Shown here: piece by piece, positions 57,647-64,000 of the stretch
Layout of the letters: the number at the start of each line of letters is the position of its first letter
Position numbering within the stretch: position 1 is the stretch's first letter
IMG/VR virus record: IMGVR_UViG_3300023239_000006
Location: 1 to 64,000 of that record
Length of the DNA stretch: 64,000 nucleotides
Strand: one strand, 5' to 3'
From: an uncultured virus (IMG/VR IMGVR_UViG_3300023239_000006)
Taxonomy: Duplodnaviria > Heunggongvirae > Uroviricota > Caudoviricetes
The notes under the pieces: generated by a model
Database searches by the model: none
The model's input: only the letters and a program-made list of their open reading frames with translations
What the model was told of the DNA's origin: nothing
Translations under genes and position numbers: made by a program

Positions 57647-59350
57647 TTATACTGCTGGAGGTTCTTCTGCAGGTGCCTGGGCTGCTGCGCCTGCTTCGGC
57701 TGCTGCTGCCATATCATCAGGAGCTGTTTCATCTTGGGCGCCTAAATCAGCTGACATACCGCTTGGAGTAATACCTGCTGATCGCATCTCGCTTGCTGCA
57801 TCTGTGGATGCTTTTAGCTTGTTGCCGTTTTCTTCGCGCCATAATGTTTCGTTTTCTACAATCTCTTCCTGAGTAAGACCAAGATATCGTTTCATAGCAA
57901 AACGTTTGCTCATATGTGGAATTTCTTGCACCTGCGCAAACACTCCAACACGAGTAGTATCAAGTTCTGCTTGACGGTAAGCAGCAAAGTTTTGCGGAGG
58001 ATTAAATCTTAAGTCAAACAAACTTGAATCAATATTGATGCCTTGGTGCTGCATCCATAACTTAAATTCTAAGTCGAATGTTTCGACAACCATTGCCTGC
58101 AACCGTTCGCAGTACTTGTTAAATCGTAGTTCTTGAATGTATGCTGTGCCAACTTTGCCATCGGCAACTGAGTTACTTGATTCTTCAACACCTGTTGGCA
58201 AGTAAGCACTGGGAATTCTCAACGCACGGAATAACTTGTTAGTAAAGAAGCGTAAGTCAGTAATTTCACCTAGGTTAGTACCGCCTGGTAACGTTTCTAC
58301 TTTTGATCCGCGACCTTCTGCTGTCTGCGGAAAGAAATAATCTTCGTTAGTGCTTAATGGATTATAACTTGAGTCAACAATGTTTGAACCGCCGCCACTA
58401 GCACTAGGAATGCGGCGCTGCTGTATTTCGTTTTTAACACGTTCAACAAAGCTCATGGCCATGTGTGCTGGCATATTACCCACGTCAACATAGAAAATCC
58501 TACGTTCAGGCGCACGTTGAATACGATAGATAATAATTGCATCTTCCAGCAATTCTTTTTGCTTGTAAACTTTGAATACTGATTCTAGCAAGCTATTGCC
58601 GAAAGGATAGTTTCTATCTAGTCCTTCACTTAATGAAATATGCACAACATCTTTTGCATCAACGCAAAATTCGTTTGAAGCATTTTGAAAACGTGTACCA
58701 GGAGACTGTCCCATATCACCAACCATACCGCGTCCAAATCCGCCACCTGTGGTGTAAGAGCTTGTACCGCTAGGGCTAGTGTTAGATGTTCCGTGTGGAG
58801 TAACCGCAACTAGATTTGCAAAGTTGAAGTTCATATCTTTAATAACATACTGCTCAGGAACTTTACCTTCGCTTTCGTTTACAATAATTTTGCTTACTTT
58901 GGCAGCATCAACAAATAGCCATTTTTTAGTTTCAGGATCACGTACAAAGAAACAGTCGCCGTATTTGAATGCATTACGCACAATGCGGAATATACGTGTT
59001 TCAAATTGTTGTTGCTTGACCCACTTCTGCAGGCTGTCTTTAATTAGTTTAACTTCAGTGCTAGTCGGCTTGCCGCGGAAGTGTGTACTAAACGGTGTTT
59101 CGTTTTCTTTATCGCGCTGTGTACAAAATTCAGCAAGGATATCTAGTGCAGCGTTAACTTCACTGTCCATATCCATTGTGTCGTATTGAATATACTTTTC
59201 AATACGGTTCGGACTACCTGCGTATACATCTGGCAAGTAGCTTGAGTAATTAGTACGAGCTGGCCCGGGTCTCCCTTGGCCGCCCAATGGACTCATTGAT
59301 CCTGATTGATTCGATGTGTCTACTGGGGTGAAGTATTTTTTCCAACTCAT
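57647..59350 (-). CDS. 20: Portal protein
   Basis: EDAIIIYRIQRAPERRIFYVDVGNMP, EDYFFP, TLPGG.NLGEI.D. Confidence 0.97.
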   Translation of the reverse strand: MSWKKYFTPVDTSNQSGSMSPLGGQGRPGPARTNYSSYLPDVYAGSPNRIEKYIQYDTMDMDSEVNAALDILAEFCTQRDKENETPFSTHFRGKPTSTEVKLIKDSLQKWVKQQQFETRIFRIVRNAFKYGDCFFVRDPETKKWLFVDAAKVSKIIVNESEGKVPEQYVIKDMNFNFANLVAVTPHGTSNTSPSGTSSYTTGGGFGRGMVGDMGQSPGTRFQNASNEFCVDAKDVVHISLSEGLDRNYPFGNSLLESVFKVYKQKELLEDAIIIYRIQRAPERRIFYVDVGNMPAHMAMSFVERVKNEIQQRRIPSASGGGSNIVDSSYNPLSTNEDYFFPQTAEGRGSKVETLPGGTNLGEITDLRFFTNKLFRALRIPSAYLPTGVEESSNSVADGKVGTAYIQELRFNKYCERLQAMVVETFDLEFKLWMQHQGINIDSSLFDLRFNPPQNFAAYRQAELDTTRVGVFAQVQEIPHMSKRFAMKRYLGLTQEEIVENETLWREENGNKLKASTDAASEMRSAGITPSGMSADLGAQDETAPDDMAAAAEAGAAAQAPAEEPPAV

Positions 59351-59365
59351 TATATTATCCTATTA

Positions 59366-61954
59366 TTAGACGCTGGCAAATAAGTCACCGCTCAATCCTT
59401 GCTGCACTGTAAGCTGTCTATCTTGAACATCTTTCATGTTCATATTTACTTTTATTAACTGCTCCAACTTAGTATTTAAGCTAGCAAGTAATGATTCTGC
59501 TGATTCTTGAGTAGGTGCCGCAGCAGTAGCAGCGCCTCCTGAGTTCTTCATCTCTGCTTTGTCTGCTTTAGCTTTAACTTCAGCTTCTTTTTTATTTTCA
59601 ATATCTTTCTTTCCGGCTTCAGCTGTAGACATACCGCCTGATTTTGGTCCTCCGGCAATTGCTACTTCAGATTTCAACAAGTCTAAACTATTGTTTGTAT
59701 TAAAATTAGTCTTTGCTTGTGCTGCCTCGGCTTTATCGTTTTCAACACCAATTTTCTTAGTATGACTATCTTTTAGTCCAATAAGTTTTTTATCTATTTC
59801 AGTTTTCTTTTGCTCTCTGGCTTCTTTCTTTGTTTCACTGCTTCGTTCGTTAGCTACCCCTTTTCTTTCTGCATCTCTAACTTTTTCTTTTTCGTCTAAT
59901 GCTTGTCGTTCAGCTGCTACTTCTTGTTGTTTAAGTTTAACTGCTTTATTTGCATCACCAAATGTAATTTTATCAAGTACTGCTAAAAATCCGTCTTGCA
60001 ACAATAGAAAGAATCGTTTTAAATTATCTCCGACTGCATCAAGTGCTGTGCTAAATGACCAACCAGTATCATAGAGCTGTTTAAATCCTGCAATAAGTGC
60101 AACAACACCTGCAACTATACCAATAATTGGAAGAGTAAGCAAAGATAGTGCCGTTGTGGCTAAAAAGGATGCTGCAGATTGTGCTAGAGTTGCGGCTGTC
60201 GTTATAGCTAGATAGCCTCCATATATTGCTAATGCTGTACCTAATCCCAAAAATATTGGCATCAGATTATCAGCAATAAATGTTCCTATACGTTCAAACA
60301 TAGGCATTACATAGGTGCCTATTAGATTAGCAATGTCGTTAAACACGGGTACAACATAGTCGTTAATAGCTGATGCCATTAGTTGCAACACTGGAACAAT
60401 ATCTACCAACACAAATGCTGCCAAAGTTAGGAAAGCTGGGTACAGGCTATCTCTAATAAAGTTTCCAATACTTTCAAATATTGGTTTTAAATTTGTTACA
60501 AGATACATACCAACTTGTGTAATAATATCGCTAAAAATCATAAAGGCAGGTAACACATAAGTTGTTACTAGATCGGCAACAATTTTAAATGCTCCCATTA
60601 ATACATCAAGCATACCACTTCCAGCTAATGCCATTGAAAAAGCGTTTCCAATTTCTGCAAGACTTTGCTGAAACTTTTGCATCTTCTCATTCATCTTGTC
60701 AGTGTTCTTTGCAGCTTCGCCCTGTTGTTCCCCTGCTTTCTTCACACCGTCTGTGGCAATTTGGTAAGTGGCTGCAAGTGCATTAGTGGTTCCTGCAAGA
60801 CTAGCATCGGCTGCTGCTGCACTTTTAATATTTTTTAGATTCTTTGCACCCTCTTCCTTCATTTTATTGTTAAGAGCGTTACGTTCTGCATCAGTAACCG
60901 CTTCACCACGCTGCATCTTCTGTTGCATAGTAGTTAACATAGCCGCCGACTGAGGCAATTGCGCTAACAACTTTTGATTCTCTTCAGTAGTTGCTGTACC
61001 GTTGGCCAACATATCTTTGGTAAAGTTCTGCAACGGTTCTGGCAATCCGAGAACAGTATTTCTAAAAGACTTTTGTACTTCTTCGTTCTGTCCAGCCATT
61101 GCTGCTTGGAACTGTGCATCTTTAGCCAGTGTTGCTGCTTGTGCTTCTTTAGCAGAACGTTCTTCGCCGGTAATCTTTGCAAGGCCGTCCATCTCTTTTA
61201 GATATGTCCTTGCACCTTGTGCTAGTTGAGCATTAGTCTTACCGCCAGACAACCCTTGGCTTCTTAATAACGCACCATATCGAATAAGACCGCCATTAAT
61301 TTCTTGACTACTCATACCTAGTGCATATAACTCCGAACTAGTTGACCGTACTGATTTTGAAACTTGTGCAAAGTTTTTAGCACCATCTTCGGTAGTTGTA
61401 CCAAAGGCCATCAAGCCGGCACCGTTATTTTTAATTAATGATCCAAATTCTGCCATGTTCATGCCAGCTTGAGATGCTGATGCAGAGAAACTAGCCATGC
61501 TTCCACCGAAACTTGCTCCGCCGCCTGCGGCATTTACAAATGATTTAGTAACTCTATCAGCTGCGCCAGCAACTGCTCCAAATGCTCCACCTACTAGGCC
61601 GCCCACAATTGGTAACTGTTTAAATATATCAGCTGCATCTGTAATTGAACCATCTAACTGAGCGAACTGGCTAACAGTGCTGGTTAGTTTATTACCTAGA
61701 GTAAAGAACCCTCCAACAACACTACTGATACCAACTGTTAGTCTTTTAAAATGATCAGTGCTAGCTTTCCGGTTACCGTTATCTTCTTTCTGATTTTTAT
61801 TTCGATCTCTCTGATTCTTTTCGTCGTCTTTATTACCTTTTCCACCTTTCATTCCCTTAATAGCACTGACTAACTCTCGTAAGGTGGCTTCAGACGCTGC
61901 ATTCTTAGCTTCTACATTTCCTATGCCTGGTATATCAATTGTTACTGATGCCAT
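59366..61954 (-). CDS. Tape-measure-like protein
   Basis: 862 aa, Ala/Gly-rich helical with hydrophobic segments; divergent from the gp26-like gene. Confidence 0.65.
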   Translation of the reverse strand: MASVTIDIPGIGNVEAKNAASEATLRELVSAIKGMKGGKGNKDDEKNQRDRNKNQKEDNGNRKASTDHFKRLTVGISSVVGGFFTLGNKLTSTVSQFAQLDGSITDAADIFKQLPIVGGLVGGAFGAVAGAADRVTKSFVNAAGGGASFGGSMASFSASASQAGMNMAEFGSLIKNNGAGLMAFGTTTEDGAKNFAQVSKSVRSTSSELYALGMSSQEINGGLIRYGALLRSQGLSGGKTNAQLAQGARTYLKEMDGLAKITGEERSAKEAQAATLAKDAQFQAAMAGQNEEVQKSFRNTVLGLPEPLQNFTKDMLANGTATTEENQKLLAQLPQSAAMLTTMQQKMQRGEAVTDAERNALNNKMKEEGAKNLKNIKSAAAADASLAGTTNALAATYQIATDGVKKAGEQQGEAAKNTDKMNEKMQKFQQSLAEIGNAFSMALAGSGMLDVLMGAFKIVADLVTTYVLPAFMIFSDIITQVGMYLVTNLKPIFESIGNFIRDSLYPAFLTLAAFVLVDIVPVLQLMASAINDYVVPVFNDIANLIGTYVMPMFERIGTFIADNLMPIFLGLGTALAIYGGYLAITTAATLAQSAASFLATTALSLLTLPIIGIVAGVVALIAGFKQLYDTGWSFSTALDAVGDNLKRFFLLLQDGFLAVLDKITFGDANKAVKLKQQEVAAERQALDEKEKVRDAERKGVANERSSETKKEAREQKKTEIDKKLIGLKDSHTKKIGVENDKAEAAQAKTNFNTNNSLDLLKSEVAIAGGPKSGGMSTAEAGKKDIENKKEAEVKAKADKAEMKNSGGAATAAAPTQESAESLLASLNTKLEQLIKVNMNMKDVQDRQLTVQQGLSGDLFASV

Positions 61955-62022
61955 TAAATAAATTCCTGGTAAACTGCGTACATAAATACGTTATAACACT
62001 ATTGTATTTATCGGAGAAAAAT

Positions 62023-62889
62023 ATGAATCAAAATGTAAATATACCGCAAACGCCAAAATTAAATCCTTTGGCTAATTGGTATAGACAGCCTAAAATCTAT
62101 GTGAGATTGCCTAGTCAAGGTCGATTCTATCCCCCAGGTGCATTAGACGTTAGTGCAAACGAAGAATATCCTGTATACTCAATGACTGCCAAAGACGAGT
62201 TAATGTTTAAAACTCCTGATGCACTGTTAAGCGGGCAAAGTACAGTTGAAGTTATTAAAAGTTGTATTCCTGCTATTTTAGATCCCTGGGCAATGCCCAG
62301 TATTGATCTAGACTTTGCACTCATTGCTATCCGCATCGCTACCTACGGCGAAAACATGGAAGTTAGAGTAGACTGTCCACATTGCAAAGAAGAAAATACC
62401 TACGATATCAACCTGTCAGACTGGATTGGTATCTTTAGCCAATTTACTTACAATTCAATTGTAGAAGCTGGGCCGCTAAACGTGCATGTGAGACCTTACA
62501 ACTATAAAGAAGTTACAAAAGCATCAATTAAAACACTAGAGCAACAGAAGATCTTTGGCATTATTAACAATGAAGAAATCAGCGATGAACTAAAGTTAGA
62601 AAAGTTTGGTGAAAGTTTTGTTAGACTAACTGAACTCACAGTTGATATTATTGCAGATTGCATTACACATATTGAAACTCCAGACGGATCCACTGACGAT
62701 AAAGTTCAGATCAAAGACTTTATTAATAATTCATCTAAAGATGTATTTGAAGCTATCCAAACACACATTACTAAAATTAAAGATACTATAGAGTTTAAAG
62801 CAAAAGATGTCCAATGCGGAGACTGTCATAAGGAGTTCTTACTACCTGTGACAATGGACCAATCAAATTTTTTCGCAGTAAAATCTTAA
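62023..62889 (+). CDS. gp26-like baseplate hub / tail assembly chaperone
   Basis: NPL..WYRQPK..V.LPS.G, MTAKDE, IRIATYGE, CPHC and CGDC; start at ATG 62023 with SD GGAG. Confidence 0.7.
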   Translation: MNQNVNIPQTPKLNPLANWYRQPKIYVRLPSQGRFYPPGALDVSANEEYPVYSMTAKDELMFKTPDALLSGQSTVEVIKSCIPAILDPWAMPSIDLDFALIAIRIATYGENMEVRVDCPHCKEENTYDINLSDWIGIFSQFTYNSIVEAGPLNVHVRPYNYKEVTKASIKTLEQQKIFGIINNEEISDELKLEKFGESFVRLTELTVDIIADCITHIETPDGSTDDKVQIKDFINNSSKDVFEAIQTHITKIKDTIEFKAKDVQCGDCHKEFLLPVTMDQSNFFAVKS

Positions 62890-62913
62890 ACAGCCCTTTG
62901 CCGGAGATTTTAC
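62868..62913 (+). other. Putative programmed -1 ribosomal frameshift signal
   Basis: In-frame heptamer T TTT TTC (62868-62874); stem GTAAAATCT (62878-62886)/AGATTTTAC (62905-62913); -1 frame open to 63101. Confidence 0.7.
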
Positions 62914-63101
62914 AGATAGCCAAACGGATGGAGTCTGAGGTTAAGGGAATCAAGAAAGACGTTCTCAAAATGTGTTGGTACATGAGAGGTCTTTCTTATA
63001 GTGAAGGCATGAATCTAAGTCATGATGAAAGAGAAATTGTTGCTGAGATTATTAAAGAAAACTTAGAGACTACAAAGAAAACTAACTTACCTTTCTTTTA
63101 A
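62874..63101 (+). CDS. gp51-like / 'T'-type ORF, probably the frameshift extension of the upstream gene
   Basis: LKMCWYMRGLSYSE.MNLS.DER motif; no SD-linked start; -1 frame relative to 62023-62889. Confidence 0.6.
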   Translation, partial: RSKILNSPLPEILQIAKRMESEVKGIKKDVLKMCWYMRGLSYSEGMNLSHDEREIVAEIIKENLETTKKTNLPFF

Positions 63102-63105
63102 TCAT

Positions 63106-63133
63106 AAAAAAGCCTGCTTAAAGCAGGCTTTTT
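63106..63133. terminator. Bidirectional intrinsic terminator between convergent genes
   Basis: aaaaaagcctgct-taa-agcaggcttttt. Confidence 0.85.
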
Positions 63134-63147
63134 GTTGGCTGTATATA

Positions 63148-63714
63148 TTACTTTTGACGGAACAATGTAAAGCCTTCGGCAACTACTTTACCGCTATTAA
63201 CTTTACTTTGAGTCTGCATAGCTGGTTGAGCTGGTTGAGCTGCTGCTCTGCCAGTAACTCTAACTGGATTTTTGCGTACAGGAGCCGGCGCTGTCATTGA
63301 AGTTTGTAGCATAGCAAGAATTTTCTGTTTCTCGCTAGGCTTTAAAGTGGCAATGGCCTGCTGTGCTTGTTTGTACCCAGATGCTGCTGCCATTGGTGCT
63401 GCGTTCTTAGGAGCTGCTTTCTTAGGAGCTGCTTTCTTAGGAGCCGTAACTTTAGCATATTCATCGTCATATGCTTTTTTCACAGCTGGATCTTGTTCTG
63501 CATCTGGTTCTGCATCTGGAACATCACCTGCAATGTTTGCAGTAGAAGTAGCTTTACCTTTTTGGTACGCTTTCTTAACGCCACCTGCAATGCCGCCAAT
63601 CATACCAACGCCTTTAGCAACCCCGCCAATGCCCTTAGCTAGTCCACGACCAATAGCACCTAACGGTCCTTCTTCAAGTTCTTGTGATTCAGTTAAGATT
63701 TCAGTTAGTCGCAT
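63148..63714 (-). CDS. Hypothetical basic Ala/Lys/Pro-rich protein, possible internal head protein
   Basis: MRLTEILTES N-terminus; KKAAP repeats (15-bp units around 63400-63445). Confidence 0.7.
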   Translation of the reverse strand: MRLTEILTESQELEEGPLGAIGRGLAKGIGGVAKGVGMIGGIAGGVKKAYQKGKATSTANIAGDVPDAEPDAEQDPAVKKAYDDEYAKVTAPKKAAPKKAAPKNAAPMAAASGYKQAQQAIATLKPSEKQKILAMLQTSMTAPAPVRKNPVRVTGRAAAQPAQPAMQTQSKVNSGKVVAEGFTLFRQK

Positions 63715-63859
63715 TTTAATTCATTCCTAGGCATATGTTATAATCTTTTTCAGATCTATAGTTTATTTATTACAATAATGAGCTAAAGCTCATTTGCTTT
63801 TTCGCTCACGCTCAAAGCACTTCTTTTATTTAACAGTATTTTAAGAGATATGTTATTAA

Positions 63860-64000
63860 TGCAATTAAGTATTATGCAGATTGTTCAGTCACACTTAGCC
63901 CTTGCGGGCTAAGAAAATCTAGCATTATGCGAGTTGCACAGTACACAGTAGCGTTAGAACTATAAGCATTGCTGCTTGCGTAGGCGGTTATCCGGTACCT
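63860..64000 (-). ncRNA. 3' part of a putative structured non-coding RNA (cut by window edge)
   Basis: No ORF; minus-strand hairpins cttagccc-GCAA-gggctaag and aagca-GCAA-tgctt. Confidence 0.45.

Noticed and set aside
22271..63730. Long antisense ORFs (e.g. 22271-23026, 35758-36327, 58779-59189, 63272-63730)
   Set aside because: Shadows of real genes on the opposite strand; no RBS, promoter or recognisable motifs
1..64000. Stop-codon reassignment
   Set aside because: Core genes are full length in the standard code, and TAA, TAG and TGA all terminate genes
1..64000. tRNA or rRNA genes
   Set aside because: No cloverleaf or T-loop consensus seen in the short intergenic regions

Overview
This 64-kb window is part of a large T4-like (Tevenvirinae-related) myovirus genome in the standard genetic code, with most genes on the minus strand. 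It contains a recombination/replication block (uvsY, uvsX, gp32) and packaging genes (terminase large and probable small subunit, gp4-like nuclease). It also holds tail tube/sheath, dNMP kinase, neck genes, a long block of tail-fibre/virion proteins including two giant paralogs, the head module (MCP, scaffold, protease, core, portal), a tape-measure-like gene and a gp26-like gene. A late-promoter-driven operon of tailoring enzymes lies next to two Cys-rich fibre-type paralogs. Main observations not in the ORF track: (1) a probable programmed -1 frameshift (T TTT TTC plus a 9-bp hairpin) fuses the gp26-like ORF to the next ORF beside the tape-measure gene, like lambda G/GT. (2) Three homing-endonuclease insertions all hit the first codons of host genes, leaving orphan 5' stubs or a start-less gene, and two visibly bring replacement expression signals. 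(3) About 13 starts have a TAA(A/G)TA late box fixed 4-5 nt before the ATG, implying leaderless mRNAs. (4) Virion proteins carry metal-ligand and bilin-site-like motifs. (5) A GNRA-capped structured non-coding element is cut by the right edge. All product calls rest on motif recognition and gene order, not on database searches.
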